A DNA stretch of 31,920 bases, from the NCBI GenBank assembly GCA_046583315.1, contig JAYGCN010000260.1:1-31920 (forward strand), read 5' to 3'. Both the position numbers and the translations under genes were made by a program. This DNA comes from Candidatus Hydrogenedentota bacterium (lineage in GTDB: Bacteria; Hydrogenedentota; Hydrogenedentia; Hydrogenedentales; GCA-2746185). This document shows, in pieces, positions 1 to 8,682 of this stretch. The notes under the pieces are model-generated. The model searched no databases. It was not told the DNA's origin and saw nothing but the letters and a program-made list of their open reading frames with translations. Position 1 is the stretch's first letter, and every line of letters starts with the position of its first letter.

Positions 1-209
1 AGAAGAAAGCTGCAAAGAAAAAGCCGGCTAAGAAGAAAGCAGCCAAGAAAAAGCCGGCTAAGAAAAAAGCAGCCAAGAAGAAAGCTGCTAAGAAAAAGCC
101 GGCTAAGAAAAAAGCAGCCAAGAAGAAAGCTGCTAAGAAAAAGCCGGCTAAGAAAAAGCCAGCTAAGAAAAAGCCAGCCAAGAAAAAGGCTGCCAAGAAA
201 AAGCCAGCC
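1..209 (+). repeat. 15-bp coding tandem repeat, 14 units (first truncated), encoding KKK[A/P]A
   Basis: Visible 15-nt periodicity, e.g. aagaaaaagccggct / aagaagaaagcagcc. Confidence 0.9.
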
Positions 210-227
210 AAGAAGAAGAAAAGATAG
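3..227 (+). CDS. 3' end of a protein with a histone H1-like Lys/Ala/Pro-rich tail (5' part lies outside the window)
   Basis: Frame 3 translates as (K)KKAA KKKPA KKKAA KKKPA KKKAA KKKAA KKKPA KKKAA KKKAA KKKPA KKKPA KKKPA KKKAA KKKPA KKKKR, then TAG at 225-227. Variation between units is synonymous apart from the A/P position. Confidence 0.85.
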   Translation, partial: KKAAKKKPAKKKAAKKKPAKKKAAKKKAAKKKPAKKKAAKKKAAKKKPAKKKPAKKKPAKKKAAKKKPAKKKKR

Positions 228-376
228 TCATCTGTGGTCCGTGGGATCATGCCTAAAAGGCTGGTTTCATTGGGCGGTTGTGGCGCATCGATGCGCCTTT
301 GAGAGTCGACTCTCAATCGCACACATCGGCTACGCCTGACTTTTTCACGATAGACGAATACGTATTCAAAACAAAA

Positions 377-407
377 GACCTGCGTTGCAAGACGCGGGTC
401 TTTTTTT
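377..407 (+). terminator. Rho-independent terminator, possibly bidirectional
   Basis: Stem gacctgcgt (377-385) / acgcgggtc (392-400) with loop tgcaag, followed by T7 (401-407) and preceded by an A-run. Confidence 0.8.
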
Positions 408-479
408 GTATCCACTTGTTGTAAGTTGCTGTGATACCATCGAGTTTTGAAAGCCACAGCGCAAAATAATGAGCCCTCC

Positions 480-2726
480 ATGATCGATTATCCATCTCTA
501 TTACGAAAAGCAGTAGACGAATCCAAAGTACCCGGTGCTGTTCTATGCGTGGGCGACCTCAAGTCAATTCACTTTCTCGGTTCCTACGGCGATCGGCAGT
601 TAATCCCGAACCGACGTGCCGCCGAAATCGACACACTATACGATCTTGCCTCGTTGACGAAGGTGGTGTGTACCGCAACGGCGATTATGCAGCTCAAGGA
701 ACGCGGTCAACTATCAATCGAGCAATCGATCACAGACTTCGTGCCGCTACGATCCCTCGAATCGATTGGGCTCCAGCAACTGCTTACACACACGGCCGGA
801 ATCGTCCCGGTTGAACGCTATTTTGAATCCATGCACTCCCTCGAAGAAATCTTGCAGGATTGCAGTCAGAACGGAATCGAGCATCCCGTTGACTATCATC
901 ACAACTACTCCGATTTGGGATTCATGTTGCTCGGAAAAGTTGTCGAACTGGTTAGTGGCATGGGATTGGACCAATACGGCCATGAGAATATTTTTCAACC
1001 GCTCGACATGCAACGCACGGCCTTCAATCCGCCCAAAAGCTGGAAAGAAAATTGTGCGCCCACCGAGGACGACCCGTGGCGTGGTCGATTGATTCACGGA
1101 GAGGTCCATGACGAAAATTGTTCCGTGATCGGGGGCGTGAGCGGTCATGCTGGATTATTTTCAACTGCTGCTGACCTCGCGAAGTTTTGTCGCGGACTGC
1201 TCGGCGGAAAATTGATGACATCCGACGCGTTTAGCGAAATGGTCGCTTTTGGAACGAAGCCGCTGTACCCGTGGCAGGGCCTTGGCTGGCAGGTTGATCC
1301 CTGGGCAACGAAGAAGACCGGATTTCTGCCAAGTCGTAAGGCGTTTGGACACACCGGTTGGACCGGAACCTCGCTCTGGCTTGACGCTGAAACGGGCCTA
1401 TTTACCGTTTTATTGAGTAATTCGTGCCATCCGAACCGAATGGACCGGGATAGCGAGACGTTACGACGCGTGGTGCACACGGCGGTCGGCAAAGAGTTTT
1501 ACACGACCACAAATAGTCATTCCGGCCTGGATCGGCTCATTCGCGAGAATTTCGTGCGAATTCAGGGTAAACGCATCGCGGTTTTGACCAATCACGCGGC
1601 CATTGATCAGAGCGGACGCCATATTCTGGACGTGTTGCCCGATTGTCCTGACCTCAAACTTGAGCGGTTGTATAGTCCCGAACACGGGATACGCGGACAG
1701 GCCGAGGCCGGAGAGAAGGTCGAAGGCCAGGAAAGTGCCGTGCCGGTTTCCAGTCTCTACGGAAAACAAAAGGCACCGACGCGCGACGAGCTCAAGGGCA
1801 TCCAGCTGTTCGTGGTTGATCTGCAGGACATCGGCGCACGGTACTATACCTATATGGCAACGACGTTGCGCTGCATCGAGGCCTGCGGGAAGGCGAAGGT
1901 TCCGGTGTTGATATTGGATCGGCCGAATCCCCTGGGTGGCACGGTGCTGGAAGGTCCGATCGCGCAGGAGACGGAGAGTTTGGTGAGTTGTTCGGCGATT
2001 CCGATTCGGCATGGCATGACGATGGGCGAACTCGCGGTGTGGTTTGCGCAGAACGACCTTAGGAAGTTGCGTCCGAAGATCACAGTGAATTACCTGGACA
2101 GCTGGCAGCCTCATCGCCTGTTTAGTGAGTGCAGCCTGCCGTGGCGTGCGCCTTCTCCGAATATGCCGTCGGCGGAAACGGCGTTGGTGTACATTGGAAC
2201 GTGTCTCATTGAAGGCACAAACATGAACGAAGGACGTGGTACGGACACGCCGTTTATGATTATTGGAGCGCCGTGGCTGGATGTAGAAACGGTGCTGGCG
2301 GAACTGGGCGGCGACGATACACCCGGACTGATGCTGGTCGCTGAAAATTATACCCCGCGATCGATTCCGGGGAAATCCACGAATCCGAAATTTTTGGATA
2401 CCGAATGCCGTGGAATACGCTTCACCCTCACCGATGCCTATGCGGTGCGTTCGTTCCGCACAACAGTCGCGTTACTTAGTGCCATCCATAAACACCATGC
2501 CGAAGAACTTGAATTTGTGGACATGTTCAGCATTCTCGCCGGGGGACCCGATCTGCTGGGCCGTATACAAGCCGGCGAATCCGTTGCAATCATCCTTGAG
2601 GCTTACGACTCCGAGCTATCGGACTTTGACGCGAAACGACCTCGCTTGTATGACGAGGACGGTGTTCCCTTTGGCCATATCAGTGCCAAAGCCGCCGCGA
2701 ACGCGCGCATTCGGTCGCGTAAATAG
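480..2726 (+). CDS. Fusion of a beta-lactamase-family serine hydrolase (AmiE-like) and a DUF1343/NamZ-like exo-beta-N-acetylmuramidase
   Basis: N-half has YDLASLTK (SxxK), LLTHTAG, YSDLGF, GHAGLFS and FGHTGWTG. C-half has PEHGIRG, DLQDIGARYYTY, LDRPNPLGG, RHGMTMGEL, SPNMP and EGRGT. The ORF opens at TTG 447; ATG 480 is preferred because an extended -10-like TGaTACCAT lies at 432-440. Confidence 0.85.
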   Translation: MIDYPSLLRKAVDESKVPGAVLCVGDLKSIHFLGSYGDRQLIPNRRAAEIDTLYDLASLTKVVCTATAIMQLKERGQLSIEQSITDFVPLRSLESIGLQQLLTHTAGIVPVERYFESMHSLEEILQDCSQNGIEHPVDYHHNYSDLGFMLLGKVVELVSGMGLDQYGHENIFQPLDMQRTAFNPPKSWKENCAPTEDDPWRGRLIHGEVHDENCSVIGGVSGHAGLFSTAADLAKFCRGLLGGKLMTSDAFSEMVAFGTKPLYPWQGLGWQVDPWATKKTGFLPSRKAFGHTGWTGTSLWLDAETGLFTVLLSNSCHPNRMDRDSETLRRVVHTAVGKEFYTTTNSHSGLDRLIRENFVRIQGKRIAVLTNHAAIDQSGRHILDVLPDCPDLKLERLYSPEHGIRGQAEAGEKVEGQESAVPVSSLYGKQKAPTRDELKGIQLFVVDLQDIGARYYTYMATTLRCIEACGKAKVPVLILDRPNPLGGTVLEGPIAQETESLVSCSAIPIRHGMTMGELAVWFAQNDLRKLRPKITVNYLDSWQPHRLFSECSLPWRAPSPNMPSAETALVYIGTCLIEGTNMNEGRGTDTPFMIIGAPWLDVETVLAELGGDDTPGLMLVAENYTPRSIPGKSTNPKFLDTECRGIRFTLTDAYAVRSFRTTVALLSAIHKHHAEELEFVDMFSILAGGPDLLGRIQAGESVAIILEAYDSELSDFDAKRPRLYDEDGVPFGHISAKAAANARIRSRK

Positions 2727-2738
2727 ATTTGACTCTGA

Positions 2739-3131
2739 CTAAATAGGTGGCAGTATTACGCGATTTGGATATTTTTTCATTTCAGTGAGGTGTGCACGCA
2801 TGAGCATATTCGCTTCAACGACGGCGTAGGTTTTTTTGTACACGAGGTTTCGGGACTCCAGCGGGTCTATCAACAGGTCATAGAGTTGCGGCGCGGAGTA
2901 TTCCTGGATCGGACCGTCGGGCCAGTTCGATACGGTCGCGAAGTGAGATTTCCAGCGCCCACTGCGAATCGCCGTCAGTTTGTCGCCGATATAGTAGTAG
3001 ACCTCGTTCGTCGCCGATTCGCCTTTGCCTTGCAGGAACGCCATCTGGTCGTTTCCGTCCATGGGGCGATTGCTCGGATCGGTGCCGCCGCCCAGTGCTG
3101 TGAAGGTGCTGAACAGATCCATCGTGGCGAT
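2739..3131 (-). pseudogene. C-terminal fragment of an arylsulfatase-family sulfatase
   Basis: IATMDLFSTF...MDG...AIRSGRWKSHF...PQLYDLLIDPLESRNL is typical of sulfatase C-termini. An in-frame TAG lies 6 codons upstream of the Met at 3122, and the CxPxR catalytic region is absent. Confidence 0.8.
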
Positions 3132-3843
3132 GTTTGCCTACGGCACAGATGTGCCATACGAAAAGGTCTATTCTGGGGAGTACACGAACTTAACGGGCTA
3201 TGAACTCAGTGAAACTGGTGTACATGAAGCCCTCGGATCAATCGATGCCGTTCGTGTTTTATCCACTCACATAATGGCATCGATTTCTGTTATCGGTGAG
3301 CAACAGTATGCAAAGCTGGCAGATCTTCTTAGGGATATTTACCAACGTGAACCGATTGAGCCCGATAAAGGTGCGCTTACAACTGGGAAGTATAGAGATG
3401 TTTTTCTCTACGAGCACAAGATATACATTGCCAGAGCCTTCGTACGGTTGGGGGATGCGGACGGTCCAAAGTACGCAATTGAACAGGCTCTGGACAGTCC
3501 GCGCATGGGGACGATACTTGCTGATTACGCAATGCAGACACTCAAGTATCCTGTGAAAGATTACGGGTTGGATGTCGGTACGGAGTTAGAATACTTGGCA
3601 ACTACCCCAGCAGGATCAGGGGAATTTGCCAACCCTGAGATAGCGGTTCGCGAGCTGGTTGAAATCGAAAAGTATCTTGCAGAAGAGGACCCGGACAAGG
3701 TGGCACAGTATGCCCAGATTATTGATCGGATTGACGCTGCGTCACCGTCAAACGTTAAACGCGTTATCGAACGATCCCGAAATGGTGCCGCTCGATGGAA
3801 AGAGACGCAATTGCTCATTGAGGCATCTAAGGAATCGAAGTAG
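3130..3843 (+). CDS. Hypothetical helical protein, probably 5'-truncated
   Basis: The ORF is open 3025-3843, but 3025-3129 is merely antisense to the sulfatase fragment. From ATG 3130 the sequence is visibly lower in GC with protein-like amphipathic helices (IYIARAFVRLGDADG). No recognised motif. Confidence 0.55.
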   Translation: MFAYGTDVPYEKVYSGEYTNLTGYELSETGVHEALGSIDAVRVLSTHIMASISVIGEQQYAKLADLLRDIYQREPIEPDKGALTTGKYRDVFLYEHKIYIARAFVRLGDADGPKYAIEQALDSPRMGTILADYAMQTLKYPVKDYGLDVGTELEYLATTPAGSGEFANPEIAVRELVEIEKYLAEEDPDKVAQYAQIIDRIDAASPSNVKRVIERSRNGAARWKETQLLIEASKESK

Positions 3844-3924
3844 GGTTCCCTTCGGGGCCGGAGATTCTTAGTCGGCCGATTGGGGTGTCGTTGGGCCTGC
3901 GGCGGTCAAATTATAGATGCGTGG

Positions 3925-3951
3925 CGGCTTCGCGGGAGCGTCGCCCTTCCC
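3925..3951. repeat. Possible REP-like extragenic element
   Basis: The reverse complement gggaagggcgacgctcccgcgaagccg resembles, from memory, GGGAGGGCGAGGCTCCTGCCGAGCCG-type intergenic repeats. It lies between convergent genes and is a single copy here. Confidence 0.3.
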
Positions 3952-3971
3952 TATCAGCAATTGCAGTGTGT

Positions 3972-5450
3972 TCAGGCGAGGATGCCTTTTATGACTTTGT
4001 GTTCTTCTACGCCGGTGAGTTTTACGTCCAGGCCCTGGTAGGGGACGGAGAGGCGTTTGTGGTCGATGCCGAGGCAGTGGAGGACGGTGGCGTTGAGGTC
4101 GTTGATGGCTACGGGGTTTTCGACAATATTGTAGCTGAAGTCGTCGGTTTTTCCGTAGGTGATGCCGGGTTTGATGCCGCCGCCGGCCATCCACATGGAG
4201 TAGCAGCGGGGATGGTGATCGCGTCCGTAGGCGGTGTCGGTGATGTTGCCTTGTGAGTAGACGGTGCGTCCGAATTCGCCGCCCCAGATGACGAGGGTAT
4301 CATCGAGTAGTCCGCGTTGTTTCAAGTCTTGCACGAGTGCGGCTGAGGGTTGGTCGACGTCTTTGCATTGTTTGGTCATGTGATCGGGCAGGTCGTTGTG
4401 GTGGTCCCAGCCCATGTGGTAGATCTGGATGAAGCGCACGTTGCGTTCGGCCATGCGTCGCGCGAGCAGGCAGTTGCGTGCGTAGGTGCCGGGTGTCATC
4501 ACGTCGGGACCGTACATGTCGAGCACGTGTTGGGGTTCGTCGGAGATATCCGTGAGATCGGGCACGGAGGTCTGCATGCGAAAGGCGAGTTCGTATTGCT
4601 CGATGCGTGTTTTTATTTCTGGATCCATTGACGACTGGTATTTTTCGAGGTTGAGATCGCGGATTTGGTCGAGCATTTGGCGGCGTGTCGGTGCGTCGCA
4701 GCCCGCGGGGTTGGCAATGTACAAAATGGGTTCTTCGCCGCTACGGAGTTTGACGCCCTGGTAATGGGTGGGCAATACGCCACTGCCCCAGAGTCGATCG
4801 TAGAGGGGTTGGCCTGCCTGACGTCCGGTGCCGCGTGAGACCATGACCATGAAGGTCGGGAGATCGCGATTGTCGGTGCCGAGGCCGTAAGCGACCCACG
4901 CGCCCATGCTGGGACGGCCTGCGAGTTGGGAGCCGGTCTGGATGTAGGTGATGGCGGGGTCGTGGTTGATGGCATCGGTGTGTACGGATCGAATGAGGCA
5001 CATGTCGTCTGCGATTTTTCCGGTGTGGGGCAGCAACTCGCCCAATTCGGTGCCGGATTGGCCGTGTTTGATGAATTTGAATCGTGAATTGAATACGGGG
5101 AACTTTGACTGGTTCGCGGTCATGCCGGTGAGGCGCTGTCCGTTGCGAATTTCGTCGGGCAGCTCGGTGAGGTGGATTTTCTCGAGATTGGGTTTCGGGT
5201 CGAAGAGTTCGAGTTGTGACGGCGCGCCGGACTGGAACATGTAGATGACGCGTTTGGCTTTGGGCGTGTGATGCGGCACACCGGGAGCTGCACCCATGGC
5301 CATCGCTTCGGCGGAGGCAGGCTGGTTCATCGCCGCGCCGGTGAGTAATCCCAGTGAGGCGAGTCCCATGCCGCTGGCGGCCTGCTTGAGGAAATAGCGT
5401 CGGTTGAATTCTTGCCCAAGTTCGAGTGGGTTGAGTTTATCGATCATCAT
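3972..5450 (-). CDS. DUF1501 family protein (sulfatase-like) with Tat-like signal
   Basis: NRRYFLK twin-Arg-like motif; AKRVIYMFQSGAPSQLELFDPKP, NHDPA, GWDHH, GEFGRT, GRDHHP, HCLGIDH. Directly abuts the upstream DUF1553 gene. Confidence 0.92.
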   Translation of the reverse strand: MMIDKLNPLELGQEFNRRYFLKQAASGMGLASLGLLTGAAMNQPASAEAMAMGAAPGVPHHTPKAKRVIYMFQSGAPSQLELFDPKPNLEKIHLTELPDEIRNGQRLTGMTANQSKFPVFNSRFKFIKHGQSGTELGELLPHTGKIADDMCLIRSVHTDAINHDPAITYIQTGSQLAGRPSMGAWVAYGLGTDNRDLPTFMVMVSRGTGRQAGQPLYDRLWGSGVLPTHYQGVKLRSGEEPILYIANPAGCDAPTRRQMLDQIRDLNLEKYQSSMDPEIKTRIEQYELAFRMQTSVPDLTDISDEPQHVLDMYGPDVMTPGTYARNCLLARRMAERNVRFIQIYHMGWDHHNDLPDHMTKQCKDVDQPSAALVQDLKQRGLLDDTLVIWGGEFGRTVYSQGNITDTAYGRDHHPRCYSMWMAGGGIKPGITYGKTDDFSYNIVENPVAINDLNATVLHCLGIDHKRLSVPYQGLDVKLTGVEEHKVIKGILA

Positions 5451-8400
5451 TTATTCTTTCGTTATGGTTTCGTCGAGGTTCAGGATGACGCTTGCCAGTG
5501 TTGTGTATATCGCGAGTTCGCGCGGGTCGAGGTTTTCTTCCGGCTCAGATGTGCCGGTGGCAATCAAGGCCTCGGCTGTTTCCGTATCGAAGTGATCGCG
5601 ATAGCCGCCGATACCGCTACCGAGTATGGAAAGTTCCCGTTCGGATGGGCGACGTCCCGTTGCGAGTCTGAATCCGTGCGTGATGCGTGCGTCTGAGGTG
5701 TCTCCGCCTTCGAGGAGCATGCGTTCGGCGAGTTTACGTGCTGCTTCGACGTAGGTGATGTCGTTGAGCAACGCGAGTGCCTGTAAGGGGGTGTTGGTCG
5801 TGGCGCGGCGCACGTAGCACAACTCGAAGCTGGGCGCGTCAAAGGTGCTCATGGTGGCGTGGGGCACCGTGCGTTTTCGGAAGGTGTAGAGGCTTCTGCG
5901 GTAGAGTCCGTCGCCTTCGTCGGGTTTGTAGGGGCCCTGACTTGCACCCCCGGCGAGTTCCTCCCACAGGCCTTCGGGTTGATAGGGTTTGACCGCTTTA
6001 CCGCCGATTTTCGCACTGAGCAGACCGCTTACGGCAAGCGCGTTGTCGCGTACCAGTTCCGATTGCATACGGAATCGTGGCCCGCGCGCGTAGAGAATGT
6101 TTTCAGGATCGGCTTCGGTCAGTTCCCGCGTGGAGTCGGAGGATTGGCGGTAGGTCGCGCTCATCATGATGGTTTTCTGTATCGCTTTGAGATCCCAGCC
6201 CGTGCTGACGAATTCGGTTGCGAGCCAATCCAGCAATTCGGGATGTTCCGGCGGATCGCTTTGGGTGCCGAAGTTTTCGGAGGTGGAAACGAGTCCGCGC
6301 CCGAATACTTTTTGCCAGAGTCGATTTACCGTGACGCGGGCGGTGAGCGGGTTTTCGGGGGAGACGATCCATTCGGCAAGACCGAGTCGATTTTTCGGAA
6401 GATCGGGGTCCATGGGCGGCAGAAATTCGGGTACTTCGGGGGTGAGCAGTTCGGATTTGTCCGGGGCATCGTATACGCCACGCACGAGTCGGTAGGTTTC
6501 GCGCGGTTCGTCCATTTCCTCCATGATCATGACCGTGGGCACGTTGCGTTGCACGTAGTCCGATTTGGCCCCTTCGATTTTCTCGGCCTTCTTGCGCACA
6601 TCGGTCAATTCGAGGCCCTGTCGCGATTGGCGCAGAGCAATCAAGGCCTGCCGATCATCGGCGGAGAGTTCCTCGGGGATGAGCACTGCCAGGCTGCCGA
6701 ACATTAGCTCGGTCATCTGGTAGTCCTTCAGCAGGGAATCATAGACTCTGAAATCGGTAAGGCGGCCTTTGAAAAATTCTGAAGATGCCCGGCGTCCGAG
6801 TCGCAATGGTTCATCGGTGCTAATGGAGCCGGTTAATTTATTGAGATCGGCTGTCGCACGCACGGGCACGCCATTGATGTAGAGTTGGATGCCGGTGCCG
6901 GTGCTGGAGCCGTCGTAGGTCATGCCGACGTGCGACCATGCCTTGTCCGGGAGCGCGGCATCGGTGGCCATGCGGATTGCGTATTTGTCCCATTCGTTGA
7001 TGAGATGAACCTGGAGTTTTCCGTCGCCCCTGATCAGTAGATCGAGACCACGATAGGATGGCTGATCGTCCATTTTGCTGAAGATGGCTCCGGGGTCTTC
7101 GCGATAAACCCATACACCCACGCTGAAGGATTTGTTGCGGTCGAATTTGAGATCGGAACCTGCGTCGACATAAGAAGTATCCGTACCATCCAGCACGAGG
7201 GCCGATCCGGTGAGTCCATCTTGCCACGCGATCTTGTGGCCTGCCGATTCAGCAAGCGGTGCGAGATCGCCTTGCAAGGCAAGATGTAGCGATGATTTGG
7301 TTGACGGGACAGTATAGGTTCCGCGTGTTATATCGCGTTGCCAGCGTGCGTAGCGTTTCTTGACGATTTTTTCTTCGGCTTTGAACTCTTCTCGGGCCGC
7401 CCGGATGTCTTCTTCGTAGCGCGCGACACGTTTGCGACTTTTGTCGGTATGAATGCCGATTTGGGGACCGGCGTTGCCACGTGTTTCTTCATAGAATCCA
7501 CGGTCTTTCGTGCTGTTGAAAAATGCGAAGAAGCGATAGAAATCTTTCTGGGTCAGGGGGTCGTATTTGTGGTCGTGGCAGCGTGCGCATCCGATGGTGA
7601 GGCCCAGGAACATGGTGCCCGTGGTTTCGACTCGATCCACGAGATTTTCGACCTGCCACTCGGCTTCGATGGAACCGCCTTCGGTGTTGCTGCGGTGATT
7701 GCGATTGAATCCGGTTGCAATGCGTTGTGAATCGGTCGCATTGGGTAGCAGGTCGCCCGCAAGTTGTTCGATGGCGAACTGATCGAAGGGCATGTTGTCG
7801 TTGAAGGCCTTGATGACCCAGTCGCGCCAGGGGTGCATGTCGCGACCGAAGTCATTCTGGAAACCGTTGGAGTCGGCATAGCGCGCGCCATCTAACCAGT
7901 CGATAGCCATGCGTTCGCCGTAATGTTCCGACGCGAAGAGTCGATCCAGAACTTTTTCGTAGGCTTCGGGCGAGGTGTCGGCGAGAAAGGCATCGATTTC
8001 TGCGAGGGTGGGCGGTAATCCGGTGATGTCCAGGGAGGCGCGTCGAATCAGAGTCTCGCGGGAGGCCTCTTGTGAAGGTGTCAGGTCGTCCAGACAGAGA
8101 CGCTGTTGAATGAAATGGTCGATGGCGTTCGTGTCTGCGGGGGTGTCAGGACGTAGCGGCGTTTCCCAAGCCCAGTGTTCGGCCCATACGGCACCTTCTT
8201 CAATCCAGCGTTTGAATAGTTCAACCTGTTCGTTGGTTAAGCGCTCCTTGTTGGACTCCGGCGGCGGCATGTATTCTTCCGGATCGGTTTCGAGAAGGCG
8301 ATCCATGAGTACGCTGTCCGAGACATCGCCCGGGGAAATGGCGAATTCTTTGGCGGTCTCTTCGATGTCGAGGCGCAAGTCGCCTTTGACTTTTTTCGCG

Positions 8401-8528
8401 TCGGGACCGTGACAGTGGAAGCAGCGATCCGCGAGGATGGGTCGAATGTCGCGATTGAAGTTTACCGGTTCGACGGCCGTTACGGTTGATGAGACGGCGA
8501 GGAGGAGGATGGTTATTCGAAGGCGCAT
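5451..8528 (-). CDS. Planctomycete cytochrome c / DUF1549 / LamG-like / DUF1553 protein
   Basis: Signal peptide; FNRDIRPILADRCFHCHGPD (CxxCH); HYGERMAIDWLDGARYADSNG; GCARCHDHKYDP; LamG-like WSHVGMTYDG segment; NPLTARVTVNRLWQ, HPELLDWLA, RRSLY, TPLQAL. Confidence 0.92.
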   Translation of the reverse strand: MRLRITILLLAVSSTVTAVEPVNFNRDIRPILADRCFHCHGPDAKKVKGDLRLDIEETAKEFAISPGDVSDSVLMDRLLETDPEEYMPPPESNKERLTNEQVELFKRWIEEGAVWAEHWAWETPLRPDTPADTNAIDHFIQQRLCLDDLTPSQEASRETLIRRASLDITGLPPTLAEIDAFLADTSPEAYEKVLDRLFASEHYGERMAIDWLDGARYADSNGFQNDFGRDMHPWRDWVIKAFNDNMPFDQFAIEQLAGDLLPNATDSQRIATGFNRNHRSNTEGGSIEAEWQVENLVDRVETTGTMFLGLTIGCARCHDHKYDPLTQKDFYRFFAFFNSTKDRGFYEETRGNAGPQIGIHTDKSRKRVARYEEDIRAAREEFKAEEKIVKKRYARWQRDITRGTYTVPSTKSSLHLALQGDLAPLAESAGHKIAWQDGLTGSALVLDGTDTSYVDAGSDLKFDRNKSFSVGVWVYREDPGAIFSKMDDQPSYRGLDLLIRGDGKLQVHLINEWDKYAIRMATDAALPDKAWSHVGMTYDGSSTGTGIQLYINGVPVRATADLNKLTGSISTDEPLRLGRRASSEFFKGRLTDFRVYDSLLKDYQMTELMFGSLAVLIPEELSADDRQALIALRQSRQGLELTDVRKKAEKIEGAKSDYVQRNVPTVMIMEEMDEPRETYRLVRGVYDAPDKSELLTPEVPEFLPPMDPDLPKNRLGLAEWIVSPENPLTARVTVNRLWQKVFGRGLVSTSENFGTQSDPPEHPELLDWLATEFVSTGWDLKAIQKTIMMSATYRQSSDSTRELTEADPENILYARGPRFRMQSELVRDNALAVSGLLSAKIGGKAVKPYQPEGLWEELAGGASQGPYKPDEGDGLYRRSLYTFRKRTVPHATMSTFDAPSFELCYVRRATTNTPLQALALLNDITYVEAARKLAERMLLEGGDTSDARITHGFRLATGRRPSERELSILGSGIGGYRDHFDTETAEALIATGTSEPEENLDPRELAIYTTLASVILNLDETITKE

Positions 8529-8579
8529 GCTAGAATAGGTTCCATATGATGATCAGAAAGGTTGGATATTTCCAGCACC

Positions 8580-8609
8580 ATTATACGCGATACGCGGGTT
8601 ATGCGACAA
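8580..8609 (-). promoter_or_regulatory. Sigma70-type promoter for the DUF1553-DUF1501 operon
   Basis: Minus strand TTGTCG (8609-8604), 18 nt spacer, TATAAT (8585-8580). Confidence 0.55.
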
Positions 8610-8682
8610 TGAAACAGCAGTTTTATCTGCTCGGTCGTGTCGAGTACAATCGACAGAGAAAGAACGGAGAAACACCTGAAAA

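Noticed and set aside
1..227. Tandem repeat as a CRISPR array or non-coding satellite
   Set aside because: There are no unique spacers, and variation is synonymous in one reading frame, so the repeat is coding.
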